From: Thermoplasmatales archaeon | GTDB lineage: Archaea > Thermoplasmatota > Thermoplasmata > Methanomassiliicoccales > Methanomethylophilaceae | Assembly (NCBI GenBank): GCA_012522645.1 | Contig: JAAYKC010000018.1 | Location: forward strand, 1-60,002 | Direction of reading: 5' to 3' | DNA length: 60,002 bases | Shown: positions 45,422 through 53,513 of the stretch, piece by piece | Position numbering within the stretch: the first letter of the stretch is position 1 | Layout: each line of letters begins with the position of its first letter | Notes under the pieces: model-generated | The model's database searches: none | What the model was told of the DNA's origin: nothing | The model's input: the letters and a program-made list of their open reading frames with translations, nothing else | Program-made: the position numbers and the translations under genes

Positions 45422-45481
45422 GGTACCGTATATCACAAGGATACCAATAAAAGAATGTGCGGGAAACCGATATAACAGCGT

Positions 45482-46198
45482 ATGATTATCCCCGGCAACA
45501 TGAAGATCTCGGGCTTCCTGAAGACCACCCTCCTCGATTGGGATGGGAAGGTCGCATGCACAATCTATCTGGCGGGATGTAATTTCAGATGCCCGTATTG
45601 TCACAACCACAGTCTTGTGCTGACGCCCGATAAGACAGACGACCTGCCGTTGGATGAGATATTGGATTACATTGAAAGGAACTCGGATTTCCTTGACGGC
45701 GTGGTCATATCCGGAGGCGAACCCACCTTGAACAAAGATCTGCCCGGCCTCATCAAGAGGCTGCGAAAATTAGGCATGAAAATAAAGATCGACACCAACG
45801 GGACGAGACCTGACATGCTGGACGACCTGATAGGCGCAGGGATGGTGGATTTCGTCGCCATGGATGTAAAGGCACCGCTGGATGGAAGATACTCGGCGGT
45901 CACAGGCGTGGAGGCGGATGTCTCCGACATCAGGAGGAGCATCCGGATCATCATGGAATCAGGAGTGGACTACGAGTTCAGGACCACGGTTGTGCCGGTC
46001 CTGCTCAAACCGGAGGATATGGAAGATATCTTCAGGGACATCCGCGGTGCCAAGAGATACAGACTTCATCAGTTCCGTCCCGTGAGCTGTCTGGACGAGA
46101 ACTTCACTGTCCTGGATCCGTATCCCGAGTCCGTACTGGTAGAGATGGGCGAAAAGGCCAAGAAATACGTCAAAGACGTCCGCATAAGGGGGATCTGA
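45482..46198 (+). CDS. Radical SAM activating enzyme (NrdG/PflA-like)
   Basis: DWDGKVACTIYLAGCNFRCPYCHN is the CxxxCxxC motif in NrdG-like context. GGEPTL. Confidence 0.75.
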   Translation: MIIPGNMKISGFLKTTLLDWDGKVACTIYLAGCNFRCPYCHNHSLVLTPDKTDDLPLDEILDYIERNSDFLDGVVISGGEPTLNKDLPGLIKRLRKLGMKIKIDTNGTRPDMLDDLIGAGMVDFVAMDVKAPLDGRYSAVTGVEADVSDIRRSIRIIMESGVDYEFRTTVVPVLLKPEDMEDIFRDIRGAKRYRLHQFRPVSCLDENFTVLDPYPESVLVEMGEKAKKYVKDVRIRGI

Positions 46199-46202
46199 GA
46201 CC

Positions 46203-47702
46203 TCAGACCTTGGGCGCAGTGCCCACCACCCTGCTGGAATCGTTAATGAATACTATCTCGGCCAATGCATTGCCCAGGAAGAAATCCGCCGCGCCCTCGT
46301 CCTTGGTTATGATCCCTGCGGATGCACCGAATTCCGAGGAGTTTATCAGTTCCACGGCATCCTCCAGATCCTGAGCTATCTGTATCGACAGCACGGGAAG
46401 GGAATTGTCCATGTTATTGAGGTCGTGCTCCTCGGGAAGCCCTGTGAAAACTGCGGGGGTCACGAAATAGCCATTCTCCAGGAACTCCCCCTTCACCCTC
46501 TTGCCTCCGAACAGGAGGTTATCCCTATTGGATTCAACCGTACAGAGCAGCCTTTCCAGATCCCTTTCGGACATTACGGGGCCCATGGTGCTCTCCTTTT
46601 CCGTCGGATCGCCGACCTTGATGTTCTTCAGTTCCAGCAGCAGCGCCCTCTGGAAGGAATCCGCATCGTCCGCAGTGACCACTACCTTGGATGTGGCATC
46701 CGTCCGCTGCCCGGAATACAGGACCATAGAGTCTACGACAAGTTTGGCGGCCTCCTTCATGCTGGCGGGCTTATACACCAGTATAGGGTTCATCCCCTTC
46801 GTCTCATTTATGAAGGCCAGGTCCTCATTCATCTGCATGAACATCATATCCTCAGCCAATACGCCCGAGCCTGAGAACGCTATGCCCTCCAGCTCCGTAC
46901 TGTCTGCAAGCGCCTTTGCCGAAGCATCTGTTTTGTCTGTTATGATATTCAATACCCCGGCGGGCAGGCGGACCATTTCCAATATGCTGTATACTGAATA
47001 AACCGGCATCGGGACCAGACCTGAAGGTATCATCACCACTGTGTTCCCCTCGATCATCGCAGATATTGCGAATCCCATCGGCGCCGCAAGCGGTGAGTTA
47101 TAGGAGGTTATGACCCCCCATACTCCCGCAGGATCACCGCATTCACCTTCACGCACGAAGGCACATGCATCATCGATTATCTCGATCAGGCGGTCCACTT
47201 CTTCCAAGGCATCCTTCCTGACCATTCCTGTGCTCAGAGTCAGTATCCCGGCCAGCCTGTACCTCTGCTTCATGATGAAATCATTGGCCGTCTCAAAATA
47301 TCCCGCTCTCTCAGCAGGGCTGATCCCCGACCACGAATCGTAGGCTTCACCGGCGGCCTCCACCGCTCTGTCCACCAAACCCTCGTCCGGTTCCTGGAAT
47401 CTCCCGAAGATTATGGTCTTGTCTATGGGGCTGGAAACATCGAAGGACCTGCCGGAGGCTATCTTGACACCGCCTACGTAACTGGGATAGTCCTTCTTCT
47501 CTGTGTTGAAGACCGCATTCAGTACGTTCTCGTACATACGGTCATCTTCTGCGACCGCATCATCGGGATTTTTCATGTCCGGATAATGTGCGGTCTCCCG
47601 TTTTATATGTTCCCGCAGTGGGTCGGTGTCTGAGGAGGGGTGTTCTGCGGAATGCCGTCTGTATGCATTAAATACGGGGGTGTGCACCGACCTTGTTTCC
47701 AT
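46203..47702 (-). CDS. Aldehyde dehydrogenase-superfamily protein lacking the catalytic cysteine
   Basis: ALDH landmarks are present (GVITSYNSPLA, IAFSGSG, ETKGMNP, GDP, GYFVTPAVF, NSSEFGASAGIIT). The GQxCxA nucleophile motif reads GQRTDA. Confidence 0.75.
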   Translation of the reverse strand: METRSVHTPVFNAYRRHSAEHPSSDTDPLREHIKRETAHYPDMKNPDDAVAEDDRMYENVLNAVFNTEKKDYPSYVGGVKIASGRSFDVSSPIDKTIIFGRFQEPDEGLVDRAVEAAGEAYDSWSGISPAERAGYFETANDFIMKQRYRLAGILTLSTGMVRKDALEEVDRLIEIIDDACAFVREGECGDPAGVWGVITSYNSPLAAPMGFAISAMIEGNTVVMIPSGLVPMPVYSVYSILEMVRLPAGVLNIITDKTDASAKALADSTELEGIAFSGSGVLAEDMMFMQMNEDLAFINETKGMNPILVYKPASMKEAAKLVVDSMVLYSGQRTDATSKVVVTADDADSFQRALLLELKNIKVGDPTEKESTMGPVMSERDLERLLCTVESNRDNLLFGGKRVKGEFLENGYFVTPAVFTGLPEEHDLNNMDNSLPVLSIQIAQDLEDAVELINSSEFGASAGIITKDEGAADFFLGNALAEIVFINDSSRVVGTAPKV

Positions 47703-47721
47703 TTCGTATGACTGTTACGAA
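47703..47721. promoter_or_regulatory. Palindrome TTCGTA-N7-TACGAA abutting the ALDH-like start codon (candidate operator)
   Basis: Inverted repeat at 47703-47708 / 47716-47721. A third TACGAA lies at 47747-47752. TATA-like runs lie at 47728-47738 and 47756-47770. Confidence 0.25.
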
Positions 47722-47942
47722 TTTCAGTATCTATATGCTTCTATTCTACGAATCTCGAATTATATTTTACGTTTTTCAACTATCTGAATTAAATATGAGG
47801 AATGGAATCGGTCTTTGGTCTGTCCCGGAACAGGTGCCGTCCGGCAATCTCATCCCGGGATCGGGCTCATCCGCAAAAGGAGGAATGAGAAATAACTGAG
47901 AAGTTAGGTAACGGCGGACCGCTCGGTCTGAGCGCGTTCGCA

Positions 47943-48461
47943 TTGACTACGTTCTGCCTGATGGTCCATAATGCCGGGCTGTTCGATGTGAACTCTATGA
48001 TAATGGCCATGGCCTTTGCATACGGCGGTGCGATGCAGATGATTGCCGGAGCGATGGAATGGAGGCGCGGGAACACCTTCGGAACGGCAGCTTTCCTGTC
48101 CTACGGCGCATTCTGGGTATCATTCGGTTTGATGACACTGCTCCCCGAGACAGGGATGATCATAGCAGCTGACGGCATGGCCATGGCCACCTACATGTTC
48201 GCATGGGGGCTCTTCACCGGCCTGATGTTCATAGGGACCCTCAAGTCCCCTATAGCCCTCCGGGTCGTCTTCGCCCTGCTGACTATAGTCTTCATGATGC
48301 TGGCGGTCAACTATGCCATCGGCGTTGAAGTGATATTCACCAGGATCATATCCGTCTTCGGCCTGGCTCTCGCCCTCTCGGCGCTCTACACCGGAATGGG
48401 GGAGCTCATCAACGAAATGCACGGAAAGGAGATCCTGCCGCTGGGTGTCAGGAAGAGCTGA
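47943..48461 (+). CDS. satP: GPR1/FUN34/YaaH-family acetate/succinate channel (SatP-like); homology extends upstream to 47889
   Basis: FAYGGAMQMIAGAMEWRRGNTFGTAAFLSYGAFW core. The conserved N-terminal (E)KLGNGGPLGLSAFA is encoded in frame at 47898-47942, upstream of the first canonical start. Confidence 0.75.
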   Translation: MTTFCLMVHNAGLFDVNSMIMAMAFAYGGAMQMIAGAMEWRRGNTFGTAAFLSYGAFWVSFGLMTLLPETGMIIAADGMAMATYMFAWGLFTGLMFIGTLKSPIALRVVFALLTIVFMMLAVNYAIGVEVIFTRIISVFGLALALSALYTGMGELINEMHGKEILPLGVRKS

Positions 48462-48561
48462 GTACAGGTTATTCCGACTGTTCCGCAGGAATGGCAAACC
48501 CCTTCTTTTTCATGTTTCATACGTCCGCGGCCGGCTTTTCAGAACGTACTGTGCGTGGAAC

Positions 48562-48571
48562 AATTATATAC
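48562..48571 (+). promoter_or_regulatory. TATA box for tRNA-Val
   Basis: AATTATATAC is centred about 30 nt upstream of the tRNA 5' end. Confidence 0.35.
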
Positions 48572-48596
48572 AAAATAGAACCTAGGCTCGCGGGCC

Positions 48597-48672
48597 GGGC
48601 TCGTGGTCTAGGGGTTATGACGTCGCCTTCACACGGCGAAGGTCGCCGGTTCAAATCCGGCCGAGCCCACCA
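48597..48672 (+). tRNA. tRNA-Val (anticodon CAC), CCA encoded
   Basis: Acceptor GGGCTCG/CGAGCCC. Anticodon arm TCGCC-TTCACAC-GGCGA. T-arm GCCGG-TTCAAAT-CCGGC. Discriminator A then CCA. Confidence 0.9.
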
Positions 48673-48800
48673 TCCTCCTATCTGATTCATCTCAGCTTCC
48701 CGGAGGGGCGGGATTCCTTGCAAATGTATCTATATCCGGCCGTGCACTGTGCTTATGAGGTAAGGAAAAAAAGGAATTCCTTACTTATGGAGAGGAGATC

Positions 48801-48971
48801 ATGGAAATGGCAACAATAACCGCAAAGGGCCAGGTCACTATACCGAAGAAGGTTAGGGACCGCCTTAAACTGGAACCCGGGATGAAGCTCGCCTTCATTG
48901 ATTACAAGGATGATGCGTGCATAGTGACCCCTACCAAGAACGTACATTACGGAGAGATCTCTCTGGATTGA
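48801..48971 (+). CDS. AbrB/SpoVT-domain antitoxin-like protein (56 aa)
   Basis: Not in the ORF track. MEMATITAKGQVTIPKKVRDRLKLEPGMKLAF is the SpoVT-AbrB swapped-hairpin signature. GGAGAGGAG Shine-Dalgarno upstream. The minus-strand track ORF 48753-48947 is its shadow. Confidence 0.7.
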   Translation: MEMATITAKGQVTIPKKVRDRLKLEPGMKLAFIDYKDDACIVTPTKNVHYGEISLD

Positions 48972-49084
48972 AATGATTGAGGCAGGATTGAAACACCGTT
49001 ACAAACCCTTTAATCAAACCTTTACTCCGTCAGGGACCGTGCGGTCTGAACCTGTTTCTGCCACCGCGGTACCGGAACAGCCGC

Positions 49085-50209
49085 CTATCTGATCAGAGCC
49101 ATGTTCTCATGCCGGATCACATCGTCATAGCTCTTATGACCCAGTACGGATTCGATCTTATCACTGTGGAGACCTTTGATCTTGTTTATCTCCTCTGAAT
49201 CATAATCGGGCGTGCCCTTCGCGAAGGTCTTGCCGTCGCATTCTATGGAGACCACATCACCTCTGTTGAACAGACCGCGAACCTCCGTGATGCCCACTGC
49301 CAGAAGGCTCTTGCCTTTTCTCAGAGCCTCTGCGCCGCCGACATCCACTACGATGGTCCCGGCGGATCTGGCACTCTTTATCCAGATCTGCTTCTTGCGC
49401 TCGTTGGCCTTCGGGATGAATATCGTGCCGATGTCCTCCCCTCCGGCGGCCCTCAGGATCGGGTCCTCTTCGGAGCTTGATGCGATTATCATGTACAGCC
49501 CCGCCTCAGAGCATATCCTGGCGGCATTGATCTTGGTCTTCATGCCGCCTACTCCTACACCGGAGGTCGAATCCCCGGCCATGGACTCAACGGCCCCGTC
49601 TATGGATTCCACTGTGCTTATCAGTCTTGCATCGCCGTGTATCTTAGGATTCTTGTCATACAGGCCGTCCACATCCGACAGCAGGATCAGCAGGTCGGCG
49701 TCCATCTTGCTGCCCACATAGGCTGACAGCGTGTCGTTATCGCCGAACATCGCATCGATCTCCTTCACACAGACGACATCGTTCTCATTGATGACCGGCA
49801 CGACCCCGTAGCCCAGCAGCGTCTGGATGGCATTCCTCAGATTGAGATATTTCTCCCTGTCGGAGTAGAAATCCAGTGTCAGCAGTATCTGAGCTATGGT
49901 GAGTCCCTGCTTCTCGAAACTGTCGCTCCATTTCTGCATCAGGATGCTCTGACCCACTGAAGCGGCGGCCTGTCTTATGGGTACCTCCTTGGGCTTCGGC
50001 CTGGCCTTCATGGCCTTGAGGCCCGCGCCTATGGCTCCGGAGGAGACCACCAGCACTTTCTTGCCTGAGTCCATCAGCTCTTTCACCTGACGTGCCACGG
50101 AGTCCATGAACTCCTGCGATGCGGTATCGTCCTCCCTGATTATGGATGACGTGCCTATCTTGATCACAATCGTGGAGACACCGGAGAGAAGAGCCTTCCT
50201 GTCGGTCAA
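49085..50209 (-). CDS. proB: Glutamate 5-kinase with PUA domain
   Basis: IVIKIGTSSI...VVSSGAIGAG kinase motifs and a C-terminal PUA-like region. Ends in TAG. Confidence 0.9.
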   Translation of the reverse strand: MTDRKALLSGVSTIVIKIGTSSIIREDDTASQEFMDSVARQVKELMDSGKKVLVVSSGAIGAGLKAMKARPKPKEVPIRQAAASVGQSILMQKWSDSFEKQGLTIAQILLTLDFYSDREKYLNLRNAIQTLLGYGVVPVINENDVVCVKEIDAMFGDNDTLSAYVGSKMDADLLILLSDVDGLYDKNPKIHGDARLISTVESIDGAVESMAGDSTSGVGVGGMKTKINAARICSEAGLYMIIASSSEEDPILRAAGGEDIGTIFIPKANERKKQIWIKSARSAGTIVVDVGGAEALRKGKSLLAVGITEVRGLFNRGDVVSIECDGKTFAKGTPDYDSEEINKIKGLHSDKIESVLGHKSYDDVIRHENMALIR

Positions 50210-51516
50210 ATCCTCAGCTCCCCATCTATCATGCGGTGAGTGTATTTCTTGGAGCCTTTGCCGACATAGTCCTTCACTACCTGGCCGTTACCCAGGAGGA
50301 CGTACTTGTAGATCATCAGACCCTCCATGCCCACCGGTCCGCGGGAATGCACTTTGTTCGTGCTTATCCCCACTTCCGCGCCCTTGCCGAAACGATAGCC
50401 GTCAGCGAATCTGGTGGAGGCGTTGACCATCACGTCCGCCGAATCCACATTCTTGACGAAGGCTATCACCGCATCGCTGTCCTCTGCCACTATGAGGTCC
50501 GTGTGGTGGGATCCGTGGAGATTGATGAAATCTATGGCCTCCGTCAGGGAATGAACCACTTTGACCGCGAGAATCAGATCGTTGTACTCCTCATCCCAAT
50601 CCGACTCCAAGGCCTTTTTAGCCCCTTCCATGTACGGCAGAGCCTCCTCATCAGCCCTGACCTCGACCCCGCCCTTCACAAGAGCATCGTTTATCCGGGG
50701 CAGGAATTCCTCGGCCGCTTCCGCATCCACCAGGAGAGTCTCGATGGCGTTGCACACCGCAGGATACTGCATCTTGGAATCTGCGGTCAGATTGACGGCT
50801 TTCTCCACATCAGCGGATCTGTGAACATATGCGTGACATATCCCCGCGGCATGACCCAGGACCGGGATCTTGGTGCTCTCCTGAATGTACCTGACGAACT
50901 CGTTGCTGCCTCTGGGTATCAGGAGATCGATCTTGTCGTCCATGCTCAGTATCTTGCTTACGTCGTCTCTGGATTCCATCAGCACGAAGGCATCCCTGGG
51001 CACTCCTGCAGAAGCGGCGGCGTCAGACAGTATGTCGAAGAGCTCCCTGTTGGATGCTGCAGCCTCGCTTCCTCCCTTGAACACAACGGAATTCCCTGAT
51101 TTGAGGCACAGGGCCATTATCTGAGGTACGACGTCCGGTCTCGATTCGAATATCGTGCCTATCATGCCTATTGGGCTCCGGACCTGATAGAGCTCCAGGC
51201 CCTCATCCAGTTCTATTGAGGACATGGTCTCGCCGACCGGGTCCGGCAGCTTTGCCACATCCTTTATCCCTGAGATCATGCCGTCGATCTTCTCCGCATC
51301 GACCTTCAGCCTCTTCGCCAGTGCCTGGGTCATCCTTCCCTCAAGGACCTCTTTCTCAGCGGCCTCCATATCCTTGGCGTTGGCCATGATTATCCTGACC
51401 TTGCCCTTGTCCAGAGCAGATGCCATGGCCTCCAGGGCAGCATTCTTCGTTTCTGTGCTCAAAGCGGCCATCCGCAGAGATGCTCTCTTGGCTTTCGTGA
51501 CTTCTTCGGTTATCAT
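50206..51516 (-). CDS. proA: Gamma-glutamyl phosphate reductase
   Basis: ALDH-fold ProA pattern with catalytic CNAIETLLV. 4-nt overlap with proB. Confidence 0.9.
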   Translation of the reverse strand: MITEEVTKAKRASLRMAALSTETKNAALEAMASALDKGKVRIIMANAKDMEAAEKEVLEGRMTQALAKRLKVDAEKIDGMISGIKDVAKLPDPVGETMSSIELDEGLELYQVRSPIGMIGTIFESRPDVVPQIMALCLKSGNSVVFKGGSEAAASNRELFDILSDAAASAGVPRDAFVLMESRDDVSKILSMDDKIDLLIPRGSNEFVRYIQESTKIPVLGHAAGICHAYVHRSADVEKAVNLTADSKMQYPAVCNAIETLLVDAEAAEEFLPRINDALVKGGVEVRADEEALPYMEGAKKALESDWDEEYNDLILAVKVVHSLTEAIDFINLHGSHHTDLIVAEDSDAVIAFVKNVDSADVMVNASTRFADGYRFGKGAEVGISTNKVHSRGPVGMEGLMIYKYVLLGNGQVVKDYVGKGSKKYTHRMIDGELRI

Positions 51517-51635
51517 CGTAATGCTCTGAGTATAAGTTCCCGCCTAAATATGCATTCCTAGATTCGACATTGTTATAGATTTAAGTAAAATATTTGAACT
51601 GCTGTTGCGTTACACGGACCATGGCGAGCTGTCAG

Positions 51636-52241
51636 ATGGAAATCCTGTACATGGACCCCACCACATACACTGCGGTCTCGAATCACGAGATGAGACAGGC
51701 CATACTCGGTGAGCTCTTCAGGTCATACCGCAAAGGGAAGAAGATCACGAAACAGGATCTGGCCGATGCCCTTGACATAAAGTACCAGCAGCTTGTTTAC
51801 CAATTATCCAACCACCTTCAAGACTTCTGGACGGTGATCGGTGAGAAGAAGATCAGAGGCACAAGGGTGGAGTACATAGCACCGTCAAACCCCCACGGGA
51901 TCTATATATGCCTGGGAAAGGACCGCAGGATATACATGGTCGATCCGCTGGCTGATATCTACGGTCCGCTGGATGAGGTGGGCCTGAGATGCGATAAATG
52001 CTCCGTAGAGGAGGCTGAGCACTGCATTGCGTCCCTCGTTGAGAAGAACATAGTCGGGAAGGATCTGAACATCTCCGAGAGGGAGACTCTCAGTGCCAAC
52101 AAGCGCAGCGGCCTGAGACCCTTGGACAGGGGCATCATCGAAGCCCTCAAAGGTGTCGCCTTCGGAGACAGATGCGTGCTGGTGATACCCTGCGAAAGAT
52201 GCAGCTTCATGAACAGGCATAATATAGTGATGATAGACTGA
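51636..52241 (+). CDS. Winged-helix (ArsR-like) DNA-binding protein with C-terminal Cys pairs
   Basis: HEMRQAILGELF...KITKQDLADALDIKYQQLVYQLSNHL is a wHTH. CDKC...C and CERC pairs follow. The start is uncertain (51594/51621/51636/51651). Confidence 0.45.
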   Translation: MEILYMDPTTYTAVSNHEMRQAILGELFRSYRKGKKITKQDLADALDIKYQQLVYQLSNHLQDFWTVIGEKKIRGTRVEYIAPSNPHGIYICLGKDRRIYMVDPLADIYGPLDEVGLRCDKCSVEEAEHCIASLVEKNIVGKDLNISERETLSANKRSGLRPLDRGIIEALKGVAFGDRCVLVIPCERCSFMNRHNIVMID

Positions 52242-52250
52242 GGTTTTTTC

Positions 52251-53348
52251 ATGAGTGAGAAGAAAACCAGGATGCTTGTGCTCGGAGGATATCTTGGGGC
52301 CGGCAAGACAACATTGGCAGTGAACTTGGCAAAGGAGCTTCATCATAAGCACGGGAAGACCGTTGCCATAATAACCAACGATCAGGGCAACGTTCTTGTC
52401 GATACGGAATACTCCAGAGGTGCCGGGCTGGACACCAGGGAGATCTCCGGAGGGTGCTTCTGCACGAACTTTGACAACCTGGTCTGCAATGCGCGTGATC
52501 TGGTGGTCACCGGTAAACCGGATGTCATCATCGCCGAGCCCATCGGAACCTCCACCAATATCATGAGCAGCGTGGTTGCGCCCATGAGGAGCCTTTATCC
52601 GGATGAGTTCAGCGTCGTTCCTTTCATCGTGGTCGTGGACTGCGTCAGGGCCCTGGATATCCTGAACGGCGAGAAGGAGAGGACTGAGGACACGGTGGAC
52701 CTCATACCCGCTCACCAGATCAGGGAAGCAGAGGTCATAGTCCTCACGAAGACGGACATAGTCGACGATGATACGGAGATCAGAGTGACTGACCGCCTGA
52801 GGGGGATCCTTCCGAAGGCCCGCATCATACCCACATCCTCAGCGGATCTGAGGAACATGGATGACATAATGGATCTTGTTCTCTCGGAAGAGGTCAGTTC
52901 CAAGACCCCCATCAACGAGAAGGATCCCGGATTCGCCTTCGAAAAAGCGAAGCTCGGATGGTATTCCGGAACTTTCGATATGACCCCTTCTGACAGCATC
53001 GACATGTATTCTCTGTGTACCTATCTCCTCAAAGGCGTGGCTGACGAATACGGAACGGATTCCGTAGTTCACGTGAAGGTTGTCATAGAGGCTCCTGATG
53101 CTGCTGCGAAGATGTCCCTGGTCCAAAAGGAGATGCAGGTGGACAGCATACACGGATCCAGATATGTCAGGGAGAAGGGCATGCTCATCCTGAACGCCAG
53201 GGTCGTATCCCCTCCGAAACGTCTCGAGGAGACGATGAGAGGCCTCATCGATAATGTGCGCAAAGAGTATGGTTGCACCCTCGAGGTGACAGGGGAGAAA
53301 TGCTTCATGCCGAAGCCTGAATCGCCGAGCCATTTCTTCTTTGAATAA
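52251..53348 (+). CDS. G3E-family P-loop GTPase (CobW/COG0523-like metallochaperone)
   Basis: GGYLGAGKTT Walker A, SGGCFC (variant of the GCxCC metal motif), and LTKTD (NKxD-like). Confidence 0.65.
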   Translation: MSEKKTRMLVLGGYLGAGKTTLAVNLAKELHHKHGKTVAIITNDQGNVLVDTEYSRGAGLDTREISGGCFCTNFDNLVCNARDLVVTGKPDVIIAEPIGTSTNIMSSVVAPMRSLYPDEFSVVPFIVVVDCVRALDILNGEKERTEDTVDLIPAHQIREAEVIVLTKTDIVDDDTEIRVTDRLRGILPKARIIPTSSADLRNMDDIMDLVLSEEVSSKTPINEKDPGFAFEKAKLGWYSGTFDMTPSDSIDMYSLCTYLLKGVADEYGTDSVVHVKVVIEAPDAAAKMSLVQKEMQVDSIHGSRYVREKGMLILNARVVSPPKRLEETMRGLIDNVRKEYGCTLEVTGEKCFMPKPESPSHFFFE

Positions 53349-53513
53349 GAATTTGAAAAATACTATTCGTTTGTCCAGTAGAATCAGATTTTATCTGTTC
53401 TATTAGACAAATGTCTAATGTATTTTTAATTGAAACAACGAATAAACATTAAGTTTATATCGCTCCAGAGCACATTAACGTGCACGCGGCAAATGTGCCG
53501 CAAGGTGAGAATA

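Noticed and set aside
50236-52715. ORFs 50236-51099 (+) and 51885-52715 (-)
   Set aside because: They are antisense to proA and to the wHTH/G3E GTPase genes. Shadow ORFs.
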